A stretch of 64,000 nt of DNA from Monocercomonoides exilis PA203 (taxonomy: Eukaryota; Protista; Preaxostyla), in contig LSRY02000004.1 in assembly GCA_001643675.2 (NCBI GenBank), positions 558,001 through 622,000 of the forward strand. Direction: 5' to 3'. Position numbers and translations under genes: made by a program. Each line of letters starts with the position of its first letter. Within the stretch, counting starts at the first letter, position 1. Positions 48,186 to 60,900 of this stretch are shown piece by piece. Under the pieces are notes generated by a model that saw only the letters and a list, made by a program, of their open reading frames with translations, made no database searches and had not been told where the DNA came from.

Positions 48186-48661
48186 TCATTTTGGTATATT
48201 TATGTGACCTGTAGTTGGAGAATCTGCGTAATATTCAGGTTTATCCACCTCTATACCATGCTCAGCAAGAGCAAGTGAAAGATCAGATAAAGTCAAGACT
48301 CCTGGTCGTGATTCTCCTTTCTAAAGTAGAAAAACAAAATGTGATTGATCAAAAAGATATAAGAACACGATAATACCTTATTTTTCTTTTGTAAAGGTTG
48401 AATTTTTGAAAGTTGATAAGCATCCGAAAGTACATCTGATAGGAACTTCTCAGTTGCAAGTGCAATCAATCTTTTTCTAAAAAACAAAGATTTTTGAAAC
48501 ATCATCAAAAATGCTATTAAAGCAAACACTCGAATGTCAGGACATTGAAAACCAGTTGCTTTTAACTGTGCATCAACCAGTTCATCAGGAAAGATTGTCG
48601 GATTATCATTTAACGAATTATAAAATTCTTCAAATTTAACATCAGATAACAACGCATCCAT
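48186..48661 (-). CDS. TAF10: TFIID subunit TAF10, 3 exons
   Basis: [63 protein letters not shown] is the TAF10 histone-fold signature. Confidence 0.92.
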
Positions 48662-48915
48662 TGATTTTATAATCTTGATTTAACAAAAAATAAAAATTCT
48701 TGATCTATTTGCCCACTTTAAATTGATAAATCAATATGTTTCCTTGAAATATTGTAATCGAACATGTTTTGTGAGTTATCTGTCCATCAATGAATTCGTT
48801 CGAAAACGCTTTTGATCAATCCCCATAACATAAATTTAATTTATCTTTATCGAAGAAATATCGTTTATACGATTAATTTGATTTCTTTATCAAAGCTAAT
48901 CAACTTAACCGTATA
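48662..48915. promoter_or_regulatory. Probable bidirectional promoter between TAF10 and the LRR-PP2C gene
   Basis: 254 bp between divergent ATGs; inferred from gene layout only. Confidence 0.45.
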
Positions 48916-51900
48916 ATGGGACCAACTCAAAGTGTTGCCAAAGAAAGAGAGACCTTGAATTATTCTATGAGGTCTCTAACTCAATTGCCATCAGACGAGA
49001 ACTTCCAATCACAGCCCAACGTTGCAGAATTGGATCTTTCAGGAAACATGTTATCTGAACTCAAAGACATAGCGGAAAAATTTCCAAATCTTGAAGTTTT
49101 ATTGCTTGATAGGAATGATTTTCACCAATTTCCTGTTGAGATTTTCAATTTGTCTAATCTGATGAAACTGGTATGATGATCGATAAATCTTTATTTATTT
49201 GATTTCAATTTATTTTCATTTAACACACGAATACAGAGTCTTCATGGAAATAAGATTTCAACAATTCCTCATGGTATTTTTGAAAATCTCAAAGAAATAG
49301 ATTTAGCAAGAAATGGACTTTATTTATGGCCTCACAACTTGTCGTTGGTGATTCCAAATCTCTTTAATATTCAACTTCAGCAAAATCGCTTGCTGGCACT
49401 ACCTTCTATTGCACATACGAATTTACTTAAAATGGATGCTTCATTTAATGGAATTAAAGAGATGCCTCAAACTTTAAATGCATCTTCTTTACGTTCATTA
49501 ATTTTGGGAATGAATGATTTAACAAATCTTACACTTCCTGCTCAAGCACATGTACCATCACTCACTAGATTAGATGTTCGATACAATTTAATTGAATGCA
49601 TACACGAAAAGGCATTTTATCCGATGAATGGACTCCAAGTTCTTCGAATACAAGGAAACAGAATACGTTCACTTCCTGATTCTCTTCCATTGATGTTGCC
49701 TGTACTTACTGATCTTTTTTGCGGGCAAAATCTTCTCCGCGAACTCCCTGGTGGAACAGAAGGGGAAATCATTGGATATACAGAGATGGAGCTAGGCTCG
49801 GTTCAAGAATCGGAAGAGAATGCGCAGGGGCAGGACACAGCGCGGAGGCTTTTCAGAGAGTTTGAAGGAAAAGATTTTGGGGTAGCAACAGATCCTTTGA
49901 GGAGAAAGCATCTGGAGAGAGAGGCAGAACTGATGCGATCAGGAAAGATTATCAGATGGACTGTTTGATTTCATTAATTATTTTATTTATTGCCCTTTAA
50001 TATCCACAACCGCTCTTTTTTATTTCTTGATTGAAATTTTGAATACGTCTTATTTATTTCACTTATATTTTAATGATCAATCTTTTTCTTTTTTTTGACA
50101 ATAAAATTCGATTCAGTCACTCACCACGCTTGTTGCGTGCAGCAATCTCATACACACCCTCCCGCCTTTGATTATGATGCGCCCAGAGTCGTATGTTGAT
50201 GTCTCCCAAAACAGACTGACGCATCTTCCTCCACTCTCAACTGGCATCTCTGTGCTTCTCGCCAACGATAACATTATTTCAGACGTAGGAGGTGTGAACA
50301 TTTATCTTGCTTTTTTTTTCATTTTTTTAAACCTTTCAAAAATTTTTGATAATATTTTTATTTTATTTTATTTTTTTTCAATAAAAATTATTTTTTGCTC
50401 ATTTTTATTGAAAACGTAATTGTCTTTCAAACTGTTCAATTTATTGTGCTTCGCTATTTTTCAAATAATCTTTTCATTTTTTTCCATCTCTCTCTCTCTC
50501 TCTCTCTCTCCTCTCACAGGAATTCCACCAGACTCCACATTGCACACGCTTGCTCTCCGCTACAACAATCTCTCGCGCCTGCCTCCAGCTCTGCTGAAGC
50601 TGCATCTCTACACGCTCCTTCTCAGCCACAACGGGATCTCCGACCTAACCAGCTACTTCGGATACCTCTTTCGCCTGCACTACCTCGACCTCTCCTTCAA
50701 CCGCCTCACGTGTGTTCCCCCAGCCCTGTCGCCCTTGTGGGTGCTCACCCGACTCAACCTCTCCTTCAACAGCATCACCACCGTCCCTCCGTTCCTCTTC
50801 CTGATGCCTTCCCTTCGCTACCTCACCCTCGCCGGAAACAGAATCACCCACTTGCCTTCCCTCGACGACATCGTCAAGGCGCTGAAGGACACCCGCAAGC
50901 CCACTCGCATCGGCCGCGCCTCTCAGCTGGGCTGCAACGCAAAGGAAGACGCGCCTTTTGCCTGTCCGTTCCCCAGCGGTGGAGACACATCTGCACAGCT
51001 GTCCTCCCGCGAGGCATTTGACGGTGCAATTGACCATGTGCCAGTCAGACTGCGCCACCCGAGCAACTGCATCAACTCGATCGACATGTCATTCGACCCG
51101 TCCCTCGCTGTGGAAGACAATGCTGAGTTCCTTCCTTACTCCAGAGGCATCCCTCCACTCAGCAGCACAGCTGTCCCCTTGCTCCCTGAGCAAGCGCAGC
51201 TGTCTCCGCTCTCTTTCCTCTCGATCGAGTGCAACTGTTTGGAGGAGTTTCCCCCTCTCTTGCTGCAGTTCTCGTGCCTGGAGACTCTCATCCTCGCGGG
51301 GAATCGCATCAAAGAGGTGCCAGATGTTCTGTTTGTTGTCCTCCCGCTTCTCACACGCCTGGACGTGTCATACAACCGCATTGAACATATTTCCCCTTTC
51401 TTCTTCCCGCTTCCCCCGGACCCTGCAAGACACCAGCCGCTTCCTCAGTTTCGATTTGTGTCTGCTCCACAACATCCAACTAATCAAGCACGTGCAGGCG
51501 AAAACGGACAGACAGCCACTCCGCCAGCATCTCCTCAGTCGTCTACCACTTCTCCACGGCTTGCGTCTTCTACAACTTCTTCTTCTTCTTCTTCTTCCTC
51601 TCCTCTCTCTACACCTGCACACTCGCCTGTATCTTCCGTATCTTCTATCTCCTCTTCTGCTTCTTCTTCTGCTTCTTCTTCCTTTTCTGCTACTCCAAAA
51701 GTGCCTCCTCCACCGAGCATGCTGAACAGCTATCCAACAACCTCACCACTGCTGCTGACATCAGTTAGAAAGGGTGTCTTTGTCGATCTCAGCCACAATC
51801 GCATTCTAACACTGCCACAACGGCTGCTGCTCCATTTGCCAAGGGCAGAGTATGAACTGGGCAGAGGGAAGAGAAGGTTTGAGATGAGGATGAAGCGGAG

Positions 51901-54900
51901 AGAGGAGGAGATGCTGCTCAACCTGTCGAATCGGGTCAAAAAGGAGCTGGTGCAGAATTCAGCTGAAGAAAACGAGTTGTCTCAGAACAAAATATCATTT
52001 GATACCAAACAATCAACAGAACAAAGGCGTTCTAATTCACCTGTTTCAAATGAGAGCACTGATATGAGCTCACAACATTCCCTTTCTTTCACTCATCCTC
52101 CTCTTCTCACCAGCAAAACGCGTCCAAACTCTCCAACCGCCAAAGAGCGAGCAGGGATCAAAGAAGGGAAGCAGAGGCAGCTGCAGATGCAGTTTGACAG
52201 CCAGATCGCGACAGAAGAGCTGCGGCGGTGGAACCACGTGGAGAAAGTGCGGCAAAAGGAGATGAAGGATGAGATGGATGCGAACAAGAAGAGGGTGATG
52301 ATGCGGTTTTGTGGGCTTTCACTGGAGCTCATTTCGAAGATTGACAAGATAGAGGAGAGGAGGAACGAGGCGAAGGAGAAGCGGGTGAAGGAGATGAAGG
52401 AGAAAGAAGAAGAGCTGACAGCAGCTGGGCAGCGGATCATCCGTGCCAGACGCCCCGCACGTGAAGACTTGTTCAGTGAAGTCACCCCTCTTTTCCACTC
52501 GCTCAGGCACTGGTGGGCAAAGAGAGAGGGAGATCTGCTCTATCAGTCTGCCAACCTGCTGCAGCCGAATCCGCGCCCTTCTGTGTTTGCGCAGCAGCTG
52601 ATGGCTTCTTCTTCTTCTCTTTCTTCTTCTTCTCTTCCTCTTTCTTCTCTTTCTTCTTCTTCTTCTTCTTCTTACTCGCCTGTGTCATACTCGCTGAATC
52701 TCTCTCCGTTTCTGAGCCAGTACTCACTCAGCGACCCGAAGGAGGCGATGAATGCGATGATGCGGCGGGTAGCGCTGAGCATCAGCAACAGCTTTGGACG
52801 AGATGCTCTGTCATCTCCAACACTCTCTGAGTTTCTGTCTCCTTTGTCTCCTCTTCTCTCTGCTGCCACCACACCTTCAGAGTTTGACAGCACTCGATCA
52901 CAGAAGGCTGACTCTGAAGGTTCCTTGTCTACAAAGGAATCTTCTTCCGCCTCCGCGTCTGGAACAGCGTCTGGGAGCGGATCTGCGCCTTCTTCTGCTT
53001 CGACAGCGAAGCTTAAGCAATCGTTCATTCAGTCATCGTTTGGCAGGCTGATGATGTCGATGCCTCCATATATAGCAGCACATGTTGCGGCATCTGATCC
53101 AGAACTCTTTCCACCTCTGTATGAGACAGTGCAGTTTGTAGAACAGCCACCGCAGCCTCCTCCTCAACAGCAACAACAGCAGTCGTCTTCATCAGAATTG
53201 AAAAATGACGAAAACAAAGAAGGCTCCAAACAAGAACCAGCACCACCAAATCCCAAAGTCAGAGAAAGGCTGCGCCCAGACTTCGACCCATCGTCTGTGA
53301 AATATCGCTCCCCCTTTTTGCTTTCTTTGCAGAGGTGGCTTCCGTTTGGTTTTCTCCCGCACATCACACTGAAACCGAGCAAAACTGATTCACTTTGCCA
53401 GTCGCCGAACATTTTGGCGTGTGAGCCAGAGTTTCTGATGTACATTGATGTCAGCTTCAACAGAGCTGGCTGCTTCCGAATGGGAAGGGGGAAGAAGCAT
53501 GATGAGAGAGACGAGAGGCACATGAAGAGGAGAAGGGAAAGGAGGATCGAGAAGTGGAGGAAGAGGAACGAAAGGAAGAGGAAGAAGAAAGAAAGAAAAG
53601 AGAACAATGGAGAAGGAGAAGGAGAAGGAGAAAACGGAGATGAAGCGAAAGCAGATGATAATGATTCAAGCACTGATTCAAGCATTTCGCAGTATTTGAC
53701 TCTTTCAGATAGCAACAGTAACAGCAACTGCGATAATCATAACAAAGACAATGGCAATAATAATAATAGTAATAGTAATAATGCTGAAGAACAGCCTGAT
53801 ATTCGCAAGCAGAATGCAGACTCAGCAGCAACTTCTGCTTCAGACGATGAAAGTGAAGAAGAATACAACAACAATAATAATAACGGCAATAACACATTTG
53901 TGATTGAAGATGCACTGGTGATTGACAATTCGCAGAAGAAGAAGACAAAAAAGAAGAAGAAAGCAGATAAAGAGAAGAAGATGAAAAAGGCACAAAAATT
54001 AGCCGAAGGTGATGGTTCTTCGAAAAAGAAAGAAAAAACAAAAACAAAATCAAAGGCAAAAGACGATGATGATGATGATGATGAGGGGATGGAATGGTAT
54101 GTGAGGGAATACAACATGCAGGAAGGAGACTATTGGGAAGAGCTGAAGGAGAAGCAGCTGTGGAGGGAACTGAAAAAGAGAAGGAAAGAAAGAAAGCAGG
54201 AAAATGAAGCGAAAAAGGCAAAAGAGCAAACAGAAATCAAAGAAAACATGGAAATTGACTCAAACAGCAAGGAAAAAATAGAGAATTCAATCAAGCAATC
54301 AAAAAAGAGCATCTCCAAAGAACTAAAACTGAATGCAGTGACAACCGCTGAGCTGTCTCGCCCGCTCACCGAAGAGGAAATGGAGGAAGCGAAATCCATT
54401 TTGGAAGAAGTGCGAGTGAAAGAGAAGAAGTCTCAGAGAGAAGCGAAGAGAAAGTATCTGCACGAGCAGCACGCAGACATCCGCTTTCAGGCAGTCTGTT
54501 TTGAAGCAGACTCAGAAGAAGCCACGGAGAAAATCGCACAGAGCTTTGCGGAGAAATTGGAGCAGAAAAAAAAAGGGGAGCGGAGAAAAAAGTACGGAGA
54601 AATAGGAGAAGAGAGGCAGATACCGTTTAGTGAAGAGGATTTGGTCTTGTTGTCTGAGAAAGTATGCTCATTTGGTGCAGCTGGTGCAGCTAAGAAGGGG
54701 AAAGCAGGAATGGAAAGTGCAAAAGCTTCGAATGGCAGAGAAACATGTTCACCAGTGTCTTCTTTGTCATTACTGCCATCATCTGCATCATCATCGCCAT
54801 TATCACCAACTTCAATGTACTCTCCTTCTCCTTATCCATCTTCTCCTTCTTTTTCTCCTATCATTTGTTCTTCTTCTTTGTTGCTGTCAAAAGCATCCAA

Positions 54901-57900
54901 TCTCAGATTCTCACCTGTCCAACGAACAACATCACAGATGGGCAATTCACAGAAGGCTTTGTTACTTTCATCTCCATCTGCTGCTTCTTCATCTTCATCT
55001 TCATCTTCTTCAATGCTATCGTCATCAGCAGCTACAGCATTAGCATCCGCATCCTCAGCCGACTCTCTTTTTGACCCCACGCAATTCTCTTCCTTTTTAG
55101 ACAGAGAAGAGACGCGAGAAGAGAAAATGGTGCGTCTTCTTGTGAATCCACCTGGTTTCATTAGAGACATGCTGCACAACATGCCTGTGCCAAACCTCGT
55201 CCAGGACGATCAAGCAGAAGAGCTGCAGATGGAGAAGAAAGAGGAGTATTACTTCTTTGCATATGGACTGAACTTCTTCACCATCTTCAACGACAGCCCC
55301 GAGGAGATGGAGTATGACGAGTGTGAAGCTATTGTGGAGGTAGCGTTGCCTGATGGCACGAAGAAGAAGAAGAAGATGCTGATGAAGAAGAAGAAAACAC
55401 TGCATTATGACAGCGACGACGACGATGATGCAGACGGACGAGACAACGACAACGCAGACGATGCGAAGAAGCGGCAGAGGAGGGAGCTGAAGTCGTACTA
55501 TGACAAGATGCTGAGGGAGAGGAAGGAGGCACAGGGCAAACAGCACATAATGTCCCCGATGCTGCCCAGAAGGATGCAGAGTGTGTATTATTCGCCTCGC
55601 TTAGCTTCGAGATTCCCTTTCTCTGAGACATACAATGCAGTGGTGCAGTCTTCTTTCTTCCCTTATGCGTCTCCGCTGATTATACGGGCAGCGCATTTGA
55701 CACCAGCGCCGGCAAGAATCCTGCCTTATTATGCGCATTTCAACACAATGCTGTTTGACTTGGAGTTTGCGCGGGTGAAGATGCTGATGGAGAAAGAGAG
55801 AGAGAAAAGGTTGAGGGAGATTGAGCTGATGCAGAAGGAAGAGAAGAAGGAGAAGATAAAAGACGTGCTGAGCGACAAAGAGAAATGGGAGAAAGTGAAA
55901 AGATTGAAATGTGCGCTTTGCGAAGCAGCAAGAATCGCAAGCGAAGAAGAAGACTCAGACAAAACTTATGTCGCTAAGAAGAAAGAAGCAGTCATACGTA
56001 TTTTGAGTAAATTCGGTGGCTCAAAGAGGAAGGACACGCGATTCCAGTTTGACAGAGACGAGGGAAATATCCTCACAAATGCTGAAATCGACGAGTTTTC
56101 GCTGTCTGAACTGGAAGAATTGCTTGTTGCATGCGATGGGGTGTTGAGTCACACAGAGTTTTCTTCTTCTCTGCCTCAGCCGCAGATGAAGCTGCATCTT
56201 CCACTGCATCAGCTGACAAGCACAGGCGAGCCGCATGAAGATGCCAATGATATTCACAGAAAAGCCAAAGAGACTAAAGAAGCCAAAGAAAATAATGATT
56301 CAAAAACAGAATATAGCAACAGCATCATTAACAGTGAAGATGAGCTGCCACCAGCGTTTGTCACTCAAGTGCCGCCTCGTGTGGAGCAAGTGCAGCGGCA
56401 TCCGTATGAAGACGCCATCGCCTTTGGGAGAGAGGTGGAAGAGGCGAAGAAGAAAGGGATTGAGACAATAACGCTGCTGGGATACAAGAGAGTGGGGGAT
56501 GTTCTGGTGCAGCTGCGACCAGAAGAGAAGCAGGCGATGAAGAACGACGCAAGGCAGGTTGCAATGAAAGAGGCAAAGGAGGCAAAAGAAGCAAAAGAAT
56601 TGAAAGAAGCAAAAGAATTGAAAGAAGCAAAAGAATTGAAAGAGATGAAAGAAATGAAAGAAACAAATGAATCACACAAAGAGACAGAATCGCCAACACC
56701 TCCTCGTCGTGCCACTCTTGAGCAGAAGGAGCTGTCAAAGTCGTTCAGCGCCAAGTCCAAAACAACCGATGCAATCGCCTCGCCGAAGCGGCCTGCGTCT
56801 GCCCGCTTCTTGCACACAAGAACATTATCTTCTCCGCTCCTCACACCTCCTCAGCCTCTTCACCAGCTTCCTTCACAAAACACACAAAACACACAAATTT
56901 CACAGAATGCACAGAGCATCCAGAAAGCAGGCAGCTCGTCTCATTCAATCGAGGCGTCTGTGTTGTTTACCCCTCAGATGCACCGCTCTCCCTCTATCCA
57001 TGCTGCCTCATCTCCACTCACACGCACAGCATCCTCGCTCCAGTCATCAGATACTTCTTTGTCTCTTCCCTCATCTACGTCTTCATCTTCATCTTCTCCT
57101 TTGTCTTCTCCTTTATCCTATGCCAATTCTAACATCAATGCAAATGCTAAGCGTATTGACCAATCTTCTCCTTCTGAGCCATTCGGAGGCATTTCTTCTC
57201 CTTCATCCAAGTCAGTTGCTGAGCCGACGCTGCCTTCCTCTGCTGACTCTGCTGAAGTTGGCTATCCACCCTGTGAATTGAGTCTGCAGGGGTTAAGTTC
57301 AGACAGCAAGACAAGTCATGAGACATCATCATCAATGGCAGAACAAGAGAAGGAGAAAGAAAAAGAAAAAGAAAAAGAAAAAGAAAAGCAAAAGAAGTTG
57401 CCTGGATCGCGCTCTCAGTCACCTTCAACTCATCCAGCATCTCCCTTGTCTGTGTCCTCCACACCCAAATTGGAGCATTCCTCATCTCCCTCTTCTCCAC
57501 CATCTTCTTCTTCCTCCTCCTCTTCCAAGTCACACAAGAATCTTCCCACCCAAGTTCCCCCAAACACTCTCTGCCCCATCTGCTACCCTCCCTTCCAGTC
57601 TGTCTCTTCCTCCGCCTCATCCTCCCCTGCTCTTGCGCGCCTCAAGCTCCATCGCCGCTCTGCTTCTTCCTTCAACCTCTTCAGTAGTGCACTCAAATCC
57701 ACCCTCCCTGCCTCTGCCCCTTCCTCCCCCGTGCTTTCCTCTGCTCCTCTGACATCTCCAGCCGTCGCCCGCGTCATCTCCCAGTACACTTTTGCCCCTC
57801 CTTCTCCTTTTCACGGCCCCACTCCTGCCCGCACAGCGTCTCCTCTGCCTTCTTCAATGCTTTCTCCACCATCACACTCAATCACCTCTCCCCCCATGCA

Positions 57901-60900
57901 CACACTCTCCCCTTCGCCTAAGGTCACTTCCCCACTCATCAATGCCAACAGACCCAATCCAAAACATCGCAGACAGAACACAGTTGGAAGCTTGCCTGCT
58001 GTTAATCGGTTGCTCTCCCCGCCTTCCTCGCCTTCTCTCTCGCCTTTCGCTCAGGTGGCTGCTTCTTCTAATGCATCACCTTCTTCTTCTTCTTCTATTT
58101 CCTCTTCTGCTTCTTCTCCTTCTCCTTCTCCTTCGTTTGCCTCTTCGCCGCTCAGCCGCTCGTTTTCAAATGGAAGTTCAGCCAGCCTCTTCCGAATAGA
58201 TCCTTCAAGGCATTCTGCTTCAGCCACAAGAGAAGATACAAAAGAAGATGGAACAACATCATCATCAGCAGCATCAGCAATATCCACCCCAAGCTCTGTC
58301 AGACAAGTGCACATGAGGCGTTCCTCGTTCTCTCTGGCGACTCCAACATCGCATTCGATGCTGTCATCGCCTGTGACAACATCCAGTCCATTGACACAGG
58401 CATCGTCTACACTTGCTGTGGAGAATACACCCAGCAGAGATAGCACAGATAGCAATGATAGTGTGGATGGTAAAGAAGGGAAAGAAGGAGAGGACGGGAA
58501 AGAAGGAGAAAATGGAAAAGAAGGGAAAGAAGAAGAAGACAGAAAGGAGAGTGGAAAGGCAGAAAAGGAGCCTTCATCATCTTCATCTTCATCTCCATCA
58601 ACAGTTGTGCTTGTTGAGCAAACAGAGAAGCAGAATGAAGGAGAAGATGCAAAAGAAGCAGCAGCTGATGACGATTCGCTCTCACAATTCTCGTTTGACT
58701 CGTTTGTTGCGCCTTCTCCTCTTGTTGGCAAGCAGAAGAAGAACAAAAAGGACAAAAAAGAGAAGAAAGAGAAGAAAGAAAAGAAAGACAAATCGAAAAA
58801 GCAGAAAAAGCAGAAGGAAAAAGAACTTGCAACCCAATCATCCGAAGCAGAAGCAGAAGCAGAACATAATAATTCAACAGAAGAAACAGCAAACATTTAT
58901 TCTTCTTCTTCTCCTTCCACAACCACACAGCAAACTCCAACCTCCTCTGCTTATGCCAACGAAGACGATGCTCCTGCATCAGTCGTGCCTTTGTTTGAGC
59001 CCCTCACTCCTGCCCCTCCCAAATTAAGCGAGGCATTCTGCAAAGCCCCCACGCAAAACAACACCCCACCCTCACACAATGCCTCGGGAATGCGGTCACC
59101 TGCTGAGCAGTCGCTTCCTCCTCCTCCTCCTTCTTCTTCTTCTTCTTCTTCTTCTTCTTCTTCTTTGTCGTCATCGTTATCATCGTCATTGTCGTCTTCA
59201 CCTTCTGATTCCTCACCAGATATTCCGTTCTCTCCCTTCTCCCCATCTGTTGACGAGCATCCCTCTGCTCTCTTCCCATCAGGTGAAAACGGCCTCTCTG
59301 CAGAAGCAACTGGAAGCTTATTCCCCAAAATGCAGCAGCCACTCACAGCTGTCTTTAGAAAACAAACACAAAAAACAGGAAATGAAAGGAAAGAGAATAA
59401 AAATGTCAGATCTTTGGCTGATTTTTCTTCCTCTTCTGCTTCTGCTTCTTCCTCTTCCTCTTCCTCTTCCTCTTCTGCTGAATTACAATCCATATCTTCT
59501 TCATTTGTGGGAAAGAGACTTGCAGAAAGAGCGTCCTTTGAGAAAGAGCTGAAGAAACTGAGAGACCTTTTCGAAGCAGAAGAAATGTCATATTTCGCAT
59601 TCGATGCAATTGAAGCTAAAATTCTCAGAGAAAAAATCAAAGAAATTTCATCAGATTCACACGAAATTAGCGAAAATGACAGCAAAAAACAAAAATTATT
59701 GAATAAAGCAGCAAACAAGAACGAGCTGAAAAAACTGAAAATGCAAAGAAATCGTCTTCGATCAGGCAATTCGAGGCAGAAGTCTGTTTATGCGCCTCTT
59801 TTCCCTCTCTTCAAGGATGTCCCTTCAACATCGCGCATTTCATTCTGTCTGCAGGCTCCTTCCCTGTTGATGTTCAATGAGTCATCATCATCATCATCTT
59901 CTTCTTCTTCTTCTTCTTCTTCTTCTTCTTCTTCTTCTTCTTCTCTTCCATTCACTCAGGCTGCTCTGTCATCTCATAGCTTCTCAATCACACACAACAT
60001 ACACAATAGCAACAATAACCCCAACACACAAAACACACAAAACACACAAAATTCACAAAATTCACAGAACACTCCAAACACACAGAATTCACTGACAGAC
60101 AGCCATTCTCCTCTCTGCTGCACTCCGCAGGGACTTGCGTTAACTCCTCCAGCCACTCCACCTTTCACTGGGAGAGATCTTCATTCACCTGCCGAGTCGC
60201 CTCTCTCTCCTCACTCTCCTCATTCTGCTCATTCTTCTCTTGCTTTGGCTTCATCATCTTCTTCTGCATCTTCTACTACCTCTGCATCTTCTTCTTCTTC
60301 GCATAGCCGCTCTCTTCTTTCTCCTGTTTACGAGCAGCGCGATGCTCCTCTCCCTCTTTCCTCCTCCTCTTCCTCCTCCTCTTCTTTGTGCTCACACAGC
60401 CAGGAAGCTCATTCACAGTCCCCTCAGCTGGGTACCTCGTCCACACAAACACTTACCTCGCCTGCACTCAATTGGAGCAGCAACAGCTCTTCTCGCGCTT
60501 CTTCTCCCTCCACTCCTTCCTCTATGGCTTCAGTGTCTTCTATTTCTTCTTCTGATTCTGCTTCTCCTGAGAAGATTGTTCATTCTCCAAAATATTCACC
60601 CGAGCGCTTTGATTTGTTGTTGTATTTATCTCCTGCATCGCTGACACCTTCCCCACACAAACACACTGCAAGTGGCTGTTTGATCGACTTTGACGAGACA
60701 AGTGAGGACGATTCGAGTGAACACGAAGAAAGCACAGGCAGAGCATCACAATGGAATGATAGACAGCTGAAACCACCATGTTTGTCATTCAAGATGAAGT
60801 ATGCTAATTCAAAGGAAGCAAGTGAAAGAAGACAGAGAGAAAACAAGAAGATCGAAAGTACAAGTACAAGTGCAAGTTCAAGTACATCATGCTCAAGCTC

